A stretch of DNA of 64,000 nt from positions 1 to 64,000 of the forward strand of contig CAVPRW010000021.1 in the NCBI GenBank assembly GCA_963707985.1, in the 5' to 3' direction. Below, in pieces: positions 55,385 to 64,000 of this stretch. Made by a program: the position numbers and the translations under genes. The first letter of the stretch is position 1. Each line of letters opens with the position of its first letter. The stretch comes from an uncultured Nitrospinota bacterium. GTDB taxonomy: Bacteria > Tectomicrobia > Entotheonellia > J063 > CAVPRW01. Below the pieces are notes generated by a model. That model ran no database searches, was not told the DNA's origin, and saw only the letters and a program-made list of their open reading frames with translations.

Positions 55385-55840
55385 ATGAAGTGGATCACGC
55401 GCGAACGCGCCAAAGTCGATCGCATCGCCTGTCCCTGGCTCATCAGCCGCTTTCTCGACCCCAGCCCTGAGTTCCTCTATGTGCCGGCCGACCGCGTCCT
55501 GGCCGAGGCCGAGCGGCAAGGGGCGGTGCCGTACGACGTGGCGGGGGTGGAGCTTGGGCACCAGGGGCCCTTCTGTAGCTTCGACGCCCTGCTGCGCACG
55601 TACGGGCTTGAAGGGAAAGACCCGGCGCTGGACCACCTGGCCCTGATCGTCCGGGGGGCGGACACCGCCGCGAAGGACCTCACGCCCGAGTCCCGGGGGC
55701 TCGATGCCATCGCCGGCGGCTTCCAGCACATGGAGATCAGCGATCATGAGAAGCTCGAACAGGAGTTCCCACTCTATGATGCGCTGTACGTCTACTGCGG
55801 CGGCCCGTGGCCCATTCCCGCGCCGATGGGGGGCACTTGA
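55385..55840 (+). CDS. ChrB C-terminal-domain protein (ChrF-like)
   Basis: MKWITRERAKVDRIACPWLISRF, CSFDA, IVRGADT, LYDALY. Confidence 0.88.
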   Translation: MKWITRERAKVDRIACPWLISRFLDPSPEFLYVPADRVLAEAERQGAVPYDVAGVELGHQGPFCSFDALLRTYGLEGKDPALDHLALIVRGADTAAKDLTPESRGLDAIAGGFQHMEISDHEKLEQEFPLYDALYVYCGGPWPIPAPMGGT

Positions 55841-56131
55841 CGGGGAAGGCAGGGGGTCGAGGAGGCACGGACGCCTGCGCCTTGGGGGGCTCTTGCACCT
55901 CGTGGGCTGGCTCCACCCTCCCACCGGCGGACTTGACGCCATGCTCCGTGGGTATCCGCCGGCGTGGGCGCTCATGGCAGTGGCGCAACCACCGGTCTAA
56001 GCCTGAGCCAGCTCGATGCGCCGCGCGGGGGGGGGGGCGCGTCAACACCTGCGATGCGCTGATGATCCCCAGTCACAACGCACGCCCAGGCGTGCTGATG
56101 GATGAGGAGGTGTCCTAGAGGGAGGTGACGG

Positions 56132-56773
56132 ATGAGGCCCACACAGGAACCACCACGCTCGATTGGGGATGCAAGCGCATCACCCACTCCTCAGCAACCG
56201 CACAATGTACCGGCGCTCACACTCGGGTGGATGTTCCTGCGCATCGGCGCAACAGCGTTCGGGGGTCTCGGGACGACGCTGGCGCTGATCGAGCGCGAAC
56301 TGGTGATCAAGCGCGGGATGCTCACGCCCGCCGAAGTCACCGAAGCGCTCACCTATACCAAATTGCTCCCGGGGTCGACCGGCCCGCAGGCCATCGCCTA
56401 TCTCGGCTATAAGCTCGGGGGGTGGTCCGGCTCCGCCCTTGCCACGGCGGCGTTTCTCTTCCCCTCAGCGCTGCTAATGGTGCTGCTGGCCGCCGGCTAT
56501 GTGGCGACAACCGCTCTGCCGGCCATTGCCCCCGCCGTGAACGGGCTGACGGCAGGAATCGTGGGTATCCTCCTGGCGACGATCTACCGGCTGGGTAAGC
56601 CCAATATCAAGGAGCCCCTCACGTGGGGGATTGCGCTGGTGGCCTTCGCCGTGGTGGCGTTTCTTGGCATCAGTGCCGCACTGATCGTGGTGGCCGCAGG
56701 CCTCCTCGGGACGCTCCTGCTCTCGCCACCCAGTGCCGCTCGGGACCAGCAACGTAAGGAGGGGAGGCCATGA
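56132..56773 (+). CDS. chrA: Short-chain chromate transporter, subunit 1
   Basis: FLRIGATAFGG, LLPGSTG, AFLFPS. Confidence 0.88.
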   Translation: MRPTQEPPRSIGDASASPTPQQPHNVPALTLGWMFLRIGATAFGGLGTTLALIERELVIKRGMLTPAEVTEALTYTKLLPGSTGPQAIAYLGYKLGGWSGSALATAAFLFPSALLMVLLAAGYVATTALPAIAPAVNGLTAGIVGILLATIYRLGKPNIKEPLTWGIALVAFAVVAFLGISAALIVVAAGLLGTLLLSPPSAARDQQRKEGRP

Positions 56774-57306
56774 TCGTTCAGCTCTTCTCGCGTTTTGTGC
56801 TCATGAGCCTCCTGGCCTTCGGGGGAGGAGGGGCGGCACTGCCGCTTGTCGAGCGCCTGGCGGTGAGTGAGACTGGTTGGCTGAGCCCCCAAGATTTCGC
56901 CGTGGCGGTGGCCTGTGGCTATGTGACGCCAGGCCCTGTACTGATTACCGCCACGTTTGTCGGCTACCGTGCCGCAGGCCTGAGTGGGGCCGTTGCCGCC
57001 ACCTTCGGTGTGTTCCTGATGCCCTGGCTGTTGGCCGCGGCGGCCGCTCAACAGCTCCAGCGCTTCATGCAGCACCCGCGGCTGGCGGGCTTTGGTCGAG
57101 GGGCCGCCCCAGCGGTGGTGGGGCTCCTCGGCGTCACGGCCCTCAATATCGCCAAGCATAGCTTTACGCATTGGGCCTATGCCCTCATTGCCGTGATCGC
57201 CTTGGGACTCGCCCTGCGGACCAAGGTGCATCCGATTCTGATCGTCATCGGCGGTGCAGCCATCGGCTGGGGCATCGGTGTCGTGATGGGACCCGCGATG
57301 CCATGA
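56770..57306 (+). CDS. chrA: Short-chain chromate transporter, subunit 2
   Basis: LAFGGG, TPGPV..ATFVGY; 4-bp overlap with the previous gene. Confidence 0.88.
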   Translation: MIVQLFSRFVLMSLLAFGGGGAALPLVERLAVSETGWLSPQDFAVAVACGYVTPGPVLITATFVGYRAAGLSGAVAATFGVFLMPWLLAAAAAQQLQRFMQHPRLAGFGRGAAPAVVGLLGVTALNIAKHSFTHWAYALIAVIALGLALRTKVHPILIVIGGAAIGWGIGVVMGPAMP

Positions 57307-57399
57307 TGTGAGCTCAGTGACAAGGGCTGTTCTACAGGACCATGCCCCATCTCGCACACCTTGACCTGGCATGTCGCGCCGAACAGTGGAGGGGAGGCG

Positions 57400-58641
57400 A
57401 TGCGTAACGACACTCGAGGGGTGTGGATCAGCCAGGCCCTCAGCCGGCCACGCGCCTTCACCATCGATGTGCTGGGGCTTCGGCGGAACATGGTCGTGTT
57501 GTCCCTGGCCATCTTCTGCGTCGGGCTGGGCGAAGAGTTGTGGGTCCGGTTTCTGCCGAAATACCTGGAGGCGCTGGGGGCGAGTGTGCTGGCGATTGGC
57601 GCCTTTGGTGCCCTTCAAGACCTCCTAGAGGCGCTCTACCCGTACCCAGGCGGGGTGCTGGCCGATCGGTGGGGGCGCAAGCGGGCCTTGGTGACCTTTA
57701 ATGGCCTGGCGCTCGTGGGCTACGGCCTCTATCTCGTAAGTCCCAGCTGGCCATTTGTGTTCGTGGGGCTCGCCTTTACCATGGCATGGTCGAGCCTGGC
57801 CCTGCCGGCGACGTTCGCCCTCATCGGCGACAGTCTGCCGCCCGAGCGGCGCGCCATGGGCTTTACGGTCCAATCCATCCTCAAGCGTCTGCCTGTTGTG
57901 CTCGCCCCGCCCCTCGGCGGGCTGCTCATTGGTAGTGTCGGGCTGGGCGCCGGTGTGCACGTGAGTTTGATTATCACCATGGTCCTCGGGACCTTCAGCC
58001 TGCTAGCCCAGCACCGGTTCTACGTGGAGGCGCCTGCCAAGGCCCGGCCAGCCTCCATGGCCTTCAGGCAGACCTTGCGCGCCCTACCTGCGGCCTTGAA
58101 ACGCCTGCTCCTGGCCGAGAGCATCGTCCGCATGGGCCAGGGCCTCGCGGAGATCTTTGTGGTCCTCTACGTCACCAATGTCTTGGGGCTGAGCGCTACC
58201 ACGTTTGGGGCCCTCGTGGCGCTGCGGATGGCCACGTCTATTCTCCTATACCTCCCCGTGGCGACGCTGGCGGACCGGCAAGGGCGCACCCCGTTTGTCG
58301 TGGCGAGCTTCGTGTGCTTCGCCCTCTTCCCGCTCCTCCTCGCTACGGTTCAAGGGACCGCGGGACTGGTGGCGGCATTCGTGTGCGCGGGACTGAGGGA
58401 AATTGGCGAACCGGCGCGCAAGGCGATGATCGTGGACCTGGCCGATGCCGCCCAGCGCGGGCGCATGGTGGGCGCGTATTACTTCACGCGCGGCCTCGTG
58501 GTGATGCCGGCCAGCCTAATCGGAGGGCTCCTGTGGACGCTGGCGCCGCAGGCCCCCTTCTTCGTCGCGGCGGGGATGTGCCTCCTTGGGGTGGCGCTGA
58601 TGGTGAGCGGGAAGGACCTAGGGACGGCGTCTGCTGCGTGA
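57400..58641 (+). CDS. MFS transporter
   Basis: GGVLADRWGRK motif A; about 12 TM segments. Confidence 0.88.
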   Translation: MRNDTRGVWISQALSRPRAFTIDVLGLRRNMVVLSLAIFCVGLGEELWVRFLPKYLEALGASVLAIGAFGALQDLLEALYPYPGGVLADRWGRKRALVTFNGLALVGYGLYLVSPSWPFVFVGLAFTMAWSSLALPATFALIGDSLPPERRAMGFTVQSILKRLPVVLAPPLGGLLIGSVGLGAGVHVSLIITMVLGTFSLLAQHRFYVEAPAKARPASMAFRQTLRALPAALKRLLLAESIVRMGQGLAEIFVVLYVTNVLGLSATTFGALVALRMATSILLYLPVATLADRQGRTPFVVASFVCFALFPLLLATVQGTAGLVAAFVCAGLREIGEPARKAMIVDLADAAQRGRMVGAYYFTRGLVVMPASLIGGLLWTLAPQAPFFVAAGMCLLGVALMVSGKDLGTASAA

Positions 58642-59156
58642 AGACGGAGAGATGGCCTACACTATTCCCGCGTATCGCACGTTCTGGTGTATCCGCGAAT
58701 CTTCTCCACGGATGTGAACGATTAAATCTGCAAAATTCCAAGAGGTGGGCATATATACTTGAGGGCGACCCAATGTACGTGTAGCGACTCGCAATGGAAG
58801 AGCGCCCGGCTCGCAATAGAGCACCCTTCCTGGCCCACAATCATTGATTCTAGCCGAGGCCTCCGGCCCACATTGATTGCACCGGAGCCCACAAGATTGA
58901 TCCTGGGCTTGCCATCAGCCGCTGCGGCTCACATGATCTGCCACTCATGCGGGCACGGCACTCCGAGGCATCGCACACAAGATTCATTGACCCCTCCCCT
59001 CCACCCCGCTACACTCGCGCCCATCCACGATCGCCATCGTCCAGCTGGGCTCCGCCTGTATGATGGCAAAGGAAATGTTGGCGCGGATTGCCGCACAGAG
59101 GGTGCAGGGAAGAATTTCTTCCCATATATGTCCACTGTCATGTGAGCAGGTCCAAC

Positions 59157-60338
59157 ATGCGAATCAGTCCATTCATGTTGCTGCTGGCGGCTGGGCTGGT
59201 GGCCCGGTTGAGCTATCAGATGGCGCGCAGCCCGGTGCTGCCACGGTTCGCGCAAGAGCTCAACACCTCTCCGGAGGCGATCGGCCTGATCGTGGCGGCT
59301 TCGACGATCACCGGCATCTGCTTCAAGCTGCCCGCGGGGGCGCTCTCCGATGTGTTGGGGCGCAAGCGCCTCATGCTGCTGGCGACGCTCTTCTTCGCGA
59401 TCCCACCATTCATCTATATGCTGATCACCGACGCGAGCCAGCTCCTGGTGCTGCGCTTCGTGCATGGCTTCGCCACGGCGGTGTTCAGCCCGGTGGCGGC
59501 CGCGGCCGTGGCCGACCTGTACCGCCAGGAGCGCGGCGAGCGCCTCGGCTGGTTCCAGACCATGTACGACTTCGGCGCGGCCATCGGCCCGCTGGTGGGT
59601 GGGTTCGTACTCTTCACGTTAGGCACGTTCTCGAGCACCTACTTCCTGGTCGGGCTGGTTGGCCTGCTGCCGATCTTCATCATCTTCCAGGTCCCCGACA
59701 AGGCGCCGACGCCTCCACAGCCGGGAGAGCCGTCGCGAACGAGCAAGTTCGTCGCCGGAATGGGCCAGATGCTCAGTCATGGCTCGCTGCTGGCGACCAG
59801 CACGACGGAAGCGGCTGTGTACTTCGGCTTCGGCATCCTGGCCGGTTTCCTGCCGCTGCACCTGAAGGACGTGGGGTATAACGACGCGCAGATCGGGCTG
59901 GTGCTGGGCGTGCAGCTGGTGACGACCCTGATCGCGAAGCCGTTCACCGGGCGTGTGTCCGACCGGGTGGGGCGCAAGCCGACGATCCTGTTCGGCGTAC
60001 TGCTCTGCGCCGTGGTGCTGCCGCTACTCATGCAGACGAACCTGATCGTGCTCCTGTGCGTCCTGTCCAGCCTCTACGGGTTCGGCATGGCGGTGGTGAC
60101 GCCCTCAACGGCGGCGCTAGCAGCGGACATGGCCAAGAAAGGGAACATGGGCGCGGCGCTGGGCGTACTGGGCACCATCCGCGATATCGGCGAGGCGGGC
60201 GGGCCGATCGTCGCCGGGTTGATCATTGCGCGGGCGTCGTACGGGGCCAGCTTCCTGAGCGGCGCGGGGGTGCTGGTGGCCATCGCCGTGCTGTTCGCGA
60301 TCGGCTCGCGTATGCCGCGGCACGGAGAGGACATGTAA
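59157..60338 (+). CDS. MFS transporter
   Basis: GALSDVLGRKR and GRVSDRVGRK; about 12 TM segments. Confidence 0.9.
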   Translation: MRISPFMLLLAAGLVARLSYQMARSPVLPRFAQELNTSPEAIGLIVAASTITGICFKLPAGALSDVLGRKRLMLLATLFFAIPPFIYMLITDASQLLVLRFVHGFATAVFSPVAAAAVADLYRQERGERLGWFQTMYDFGAAIGPLVGGFVLFTLGTFSSTYFLVGLVGLLPIFIIFQVPDKAPTPPQPGEPSRTSKFVAGMGQMLSHGSLLATSTTEAAVYFGFGILAGFLPLHLKDVGYNDAQIGLVLGVQLVTTLIAKPFTGRVSDRVGRKPTILFGVLLCAVVLPLLMQTNLIVLLCVLSSLYGFGMAVVTPSTAALAADMAKKGNMGAALGVLGTIRDIGEAGGPIVAGLIIARASYGASFLSGAGVLVAIAVLFAIGSRMPRHGEDM

Positions 60339-60385
60339 ACGGCCTTTGGCCCCGGCGCCCCCCGATGTCCTCGGGCAACTACAGC

Positions 60386-60500
60386 TGGATGTATAAGTCG
60401 GCTTATACGGTGAGTTTAGTCCTGATTCCCTGTCTCACACCCACTCTTTGAACCAGTTATCACGCGAAAAACTCGCCGTATAATTGTGGTTGTGGATAAT
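60386..60500. repeat. Inverted pair of dif-like sites
   Basis: TGGATGTATAA-GTCGGC-TTATACGGTGA (60386-60413) and TCGCCGTATAA-TTGTGG-TTGTGGATAAT (60473-60500). 60403-60417 and 60469-60483 are 14/15 inverted. Confidence 0.6.
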
Positions 60501-60694
60501 GTGAGCCGACGAAACACGATTGCGAGCCCAGGATCAATCATGTGGGCTCCGGTACAACGAATGTGAGCCTGGCGTCTTGGATAGAATCAATGATTGTGGG
60601 CCGGGAAGCATACATTATTGCGAGCCGGACGCTCAATTAGTGCGAGCCGCAAGCAGGTACGCAGATGAAAGGCTCCTGAGGTGGAGGGAAGTCT

Positions 60695-61090
60695 GTGCAG
60701 GCATTCGCGCGGGTGCGCCAGTCGGCTTGGACCCTCAGACGGGATGTGCTGGCCCTGTATCTGGCGGCCCGTGACCCGCGGATCCCGTGGTACGCCAAAG
60801 CCGTAGCCGCCTGCGTGGCCGTCTATGCCCTCAGCCCGATCGATCTGATTCCCGATTTTATCCCAATCCTCGGCTACTTGGACGACATGGTCATCGTGCC
60901 GCTGGGGATTTGGCTGGCCATCCGTCTGATCCCGCCGTCCCTGCTTGAAGAACACCGACACGCGGCCATGGTGCGACAGCTGTCGCACCCCGTCAGTTGG
61001 GTGGGAACCGCCATTATCATGAGTCTCTGGGGCATCGCAGGGGGGGCGATGATCTGGTGGCTCGCACCTCATATATGGGGCTCGCGTTAG
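60695..61090 (+). CDS. YkvA/DUF1232 membrane protein
   Basis: YALSPIDLIPDFIPILGYLDD. Confidence 0.9.
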   Translation: MQAFARVRQSAWTLRRDVLALYLAARDPRIPWYAKAVAACVAVYALSPIDLIPDFIPILGYLDDMVIVPLGIWLAIRLIPPSLLEEHRHAAMVRQLSHPVSWVGTAIIMSLWGIAGGAMIWWLAPHIWGSR

Positions 61091-61232
61091 CTTCCCTCTG
61101 TTTTGCAAGAAAAATTGTTCAAATCCGTGGAGAGAGTGTACGGACGTACCAGCACGTTCCCTCCTGTTGTCACTTGCCAAATGATTTCACCATTTTATTG
61201 CCATGGTCTTCCACCAATTTATCGTGGCCCCG

Positions 61233-61263
61233 TTTACGCTTGATAACCCCGTTTATCGTGCAC
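61233..61263 (+). repeat. Right copy of the direct repeat; full 11-6-11 dif-like site
   Basis: ACGCTTGATAA-CCCCGT-TTATCGTGCAC (61236-61263). Confidence 0.6.
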
Positions 61264-61461
61264 GGTATCCGCGCACGGTGGTGGAGAAGACAGGCGGGCG
61301 ATGACGACCGCCGGCATCGGTGACCGGGTCGTTGGAATGCCTTGCCGGGGGTCAGCGATGTTCAGCGATGTATGGTACATAAAGGCCGTTATGCAAGGCT
61401 GATCAGAGATCATCTGGGAGAAGGGAGCAGGAGGTATCTCGATGGCCTAAACCAAACAATT

Positions 61462-61561
61462 GACACTGGTGGCGAATTCACAAAACCCGCGACCTTATGT
61501 TGGGAGATGCCACGGTAGACCGAGGAATTTGGCGCCGTCCAGGCAATTCGCCACCAGTGTC
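61462..61561. mobile_element. ~100-bp MITE
   Basis: Perfect inverted repeats TTGACACTGGTGGCGAATT (61460-61478 / 61545-61563). Flanking direct repeat AACAATT at 61455-61461 and 61562-61568. Confidence 0.8.
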
Positions 61562-61822
61562 AACAATTGCGCTATCAAGGGCAATAAGCACAACTGAACA
61601 CGTTCGAATGAAAGCGAATTACCTATTCGATTTCGGCCATGAGCTTTGCGGAAGGAGTGGGCTGGTCACGCGACCGGCAGTACAGCATCGCCAAAGGGGC
61701 TGGCCTTCGAACTCGCGGTTGAACGTGTCGAAAAGCGGGAATAGCTTTCATGTACTGGATTGCATAACCCTGTGGAGGGCTTAGAGGGCGAAGGAAAATT
61801 TCCTCCCCTTGAATCGTAGGGA

Positions 61823-62065
61823 TTATGCCAGAAGACCCAAGCGTTTCAGGTCGGCCTCAGTCCAGCCTGTGCTCTGCAGGATCTGTCTGATGGCCTTCGG
61901 CCCGAAGGTCTCGCCAAGGTTATGATAGACAAGCAGCACTCGCCGTCCATCCGAGTGCTGATAGATGTGGTGGGAGCCGCCGCTTTTTCTGCGTCGGAAG
62001 CCTTCATACTCTACGGCTCTGACCCATTCCCGAGCGGTGCGGCTGCGTAAGGGGTCGACCTCCAT
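61823..62065 (-). CDS. hicA: HicA family toxin
   Basis: GFRRRKSGGSHHIYQHSDGRR..H...IRQIL. Confidence 0.85.
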   Translation of the reverse strand: MEVDPLRSRTAREWVRAVEYEGFRRRKSGGSHHIYQHSDGRRVLLVYHNLGETFGPKAIRQILQSTGWTEADLKRLGLLA

Positions 62066-62067
62066 AC

Positions 62068-62307
62068 TTAAAGTATGAATCCGAGCGTGATTGGCGCTTC
62101 TTTGAGAACTTTAGGATCTTCTTCGGGAATCAGTTCACCATCTTCGGATAAGGTTTCTAACCAGAGCTTCGCTGCTTCTTTAATATTCTTGAGTGCCTCC
62201 TCATAGGTATAGCCCCAGGAATAGCAGCCCGGGAGGGCAGGGATCTCGGCATAGAAGCGGTCATCATCAGGCTCAATGATGATGCGATAGATGTAACGCT
62301 TTCCCAT
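62068..62307 (-). CDS. hicB: HicB family antitoxin (short, no DNA-binding domain)
   Basis: YRIIIEPDD..FYAEIPALPGCYSWGYTYEEALKNIKEA. Confidence 0.9.
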   Translation of the reverse strand: MGKRYIYRIIIEPDDDRFYAEIPALPGCYSWGYTYEEALKNIKEAAKLWLETLSEDGELIPEEDPKVLKEAPITLGFIL

Positions 62308-62570
62308 CAGCGATCTCCGCACGCAAATGGAGGAATGCTCCCTCTCTACATGGACAAATTATAGGAAATAAAGGTATGTCAGTCAACTTCTTGGGAACCG
62401 TCTTTGATCTGTACGCTAGCGTGTGGCTAGACGATGAGGTCATCGTATCGAGGCAGACACATGCGTCTTCCCGAGGGCTCCTCACCGTGGATGAAGTTCG
62501 GTCGCCCCGGGTCGCGCACCCAGGGATGGGCTCATGCCAGGGCCATTGGACCCGCTGACGGGGAAGAACG

Positions 62571-63884
62571 TCATCGCCCCGCTCGGGATAGATATGACTC
62601 GCGAGCTTCCGAGGCCCGATCGACATCCCCCAGCTTGCTGTAGGTCATGGCCAGCTCGCGATAGGCCTCGGCAAAACCAGCATCGACCCGAGTGGCCGAG
62701 AGGTAGGCGGCGATGGCGTATTGCAGTTCGCCAGCGTTGCCAGCTTTGGCGGCATAGGCCCTCCCACGATAGTAGTGAGCTACCGGATCGTTGGGATACA
62801 GGCTCAAGGCACGATCCAATTGCCTAATGGCTTCGTCGGCACGCCCAATTTTCAGTTCCACCAGCGCGTTTTCACGCAATAAGAGCCGAACACGCTCCGG
62901 GTACCGATCTATGCTCGACACTTGCTGCACAGGGCGGCTCGCGGGAGGAGGGAGTGCCGCGATGGTCTTTTGTAGCACCTGCCGTCGCGCCTCGTATACT
63001 GCAGGTCGCCCCCACCAGAAAGGTTCTTGAGCGGCCTGGGCGCTGGCGGCCGCATACAATCGCTCCAAGGTGCGGTCCGCTTCCTCGGGATCATAGCCAG
63101 CGTGCACCAGGGCGGTAACGGTGAATCGGTCGGCCTCTTGCATTAACGACGGCTGATAACTCTGCACCGAGGCGAGCAACGCTAACTGTGGCTGGGTACG
63201 GGCAAATAGTGCAATGGTCTGATCGAAGCGACCTTTTGTGGGACGGCGTGCGGCCAGATCGATGGATGAGTCGAGCGCCTGATCAGATAGGAAATATTCG
63301 ATGCTTGGTCGCTGCAGGAGTATAGCCGGGTTTGTCCCAGCCACGCTGATCCCGAGAGGTGCTACCAACGGCCCTAGAACGAGTGGAGCAGTCACCACTG
63401 CGATGCGCTTCCAAAGATCTTTGTTACGCTCCTGGCGCAAATGGCGGATGGCATGACGATGCACGACATGAGCGATTTCATGGGCCAGCACAGTAGCGAG
63501 CTGTGCCTCATTCTCCAGGCGTGCTAATAGCCCGGAGTGCACATAGATAGGGCCGGTCGGATAGGCAAAGGCGTTCAATGATGGATTGATAAGCACATGA
63601 ATTGATGGAGTCACCCCGGCATCAAGGGTGCCAGGCGGGACGAGCTGGCGCGCGACGTCGGCGAGGTATTCTTCGAGGACGGGGTCGCGCAGGAGCCCGG
63701 AGCTGGCGCGCAGCTTCCGATGCTCGCGCGTGGCTCTTTCCCACAGCAGAGCCTCATCGGAGGCTGGTGTGAAGGCTTCACCAGAGGTACTCAGCGGTGG
63801 TAGGTAGCTGGCACAACCGGCACTCAAGAGTGCGAGTAGGAGCAACACGAGGCATCCGAGGGATAGATGGGGCAAGCTGCGCAT
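62571..63884 (-). CDS. M48 metalloprotease lipoprotein with TPRs (BepA-like)
   Basis: Lipobox LSAGC, NAFAYPTG, EAQLATVLAHEIAHV, EADR, C-terminal TPRs. Confidence 0.88.
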   Translation of the reverse strand: MRSLPHLSLGCLVLLLLALLSAGCASYLPPLSTSGEAFTPASDEALLWERATREHRKLRASSGLLRDPVLEEYLADVARQLVPPGTLDAGVTPSIHVLINPSLNAFAYPTGPIYVHSGLLARLENEAQLATVLAHEIAHVVHRHAIRHLRQERNKDLWKRIAVVTAPLVLGPLVAPLGISVAGTNPAILLQRPSIEYFLSDQALDSSIDLAARRPTKGRFDQTIALFARTQPQLALLASVQSYQPSLMQEADRFTVTALVHAGYDPEEADRTLERLYAAASAQAAQEPFWWGRPAVYEARRQVLQKTIAALPPPASRPVQQVSSIDRYPERVRLLLRENALVELKIGRADEAIRQLDRALSLYPNDPVAHYYRGRAYAAKAGNAGELQYAIAAYLSATRVDAGFAEAYRELAMTYSKLGDVDRASEARESYLSRAGR

Positions 63885-64000
63885 CAGCGTTTTCCTGGGC
63901 CATCGACGACCTGGATCGTAACCATGTTGATGCGTGTGCGACGGCGTCTTCGTACCCTAGACTGGTTTCCTCAGCATGTCAAGTGCCGCCTCAAAGCCTC

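Noticed and set aside
1..64000. CRISPR array, tRNA, rRNA or riboswitch (including Moco near mod, fluoride near MFS)
   Set aside because: No repeat-spacer pattern or recognisable consensus found by eye. A covariance-model search was not possible.

Overview
A GC-rich bacterial chromosomal window in four parts. (1) 1-3678: two group II introns, apparently nested. An intact chloroplast-like (CL) intron with an RT/maturase/HNH ORF sits inside a second intron whose ORF lacks an endonuclease and appears to have lost part of its thumb domain. (2) 3.8-28 kb, minus strand: xdhAB, a rhodanese-MBL fusion, acyl-CoA dehydrogenases, a 7-gene MoxR/DUF58/VWA membrane cluster, an RlmI-like methyltransferase, a stand-alone secretin N0 domain, an enoyl-CoA hydratase and hydantoinase B. 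(3) 28-49 kb: an ABC-FtsX-AttH-like locus, nrtR-nadA with a clear operator, a giant coiled-coil MscS, a wHTH-cyclase-AAA-TPR regulator with five 11-bp-phased repeats upstream, a RutA-like monooxygenase, and an IclR/thiol dioxygenase/two sulfite-oxidase-family/cupin cluster. (4) 49-62 kb: a decaying metal-resistance island with an integrase-XRE fusion remnant, MerR-Grx-MerB, modBC pseudogenes, chrB/chrF/chrA-chrA, two MFS genes, a ~100-bp MITE and hicBA. This island is punctuated by related dif-like (ATAA-spacer-TTAT) sites, including a direct-repeat pair bracketing the chromate module; this is the best candidate here for an undescribed system. Many otherwise intact genes carry single frameshifts, probably sequencing or assembly indels. 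All calls are by motif recognition; no searches were run.
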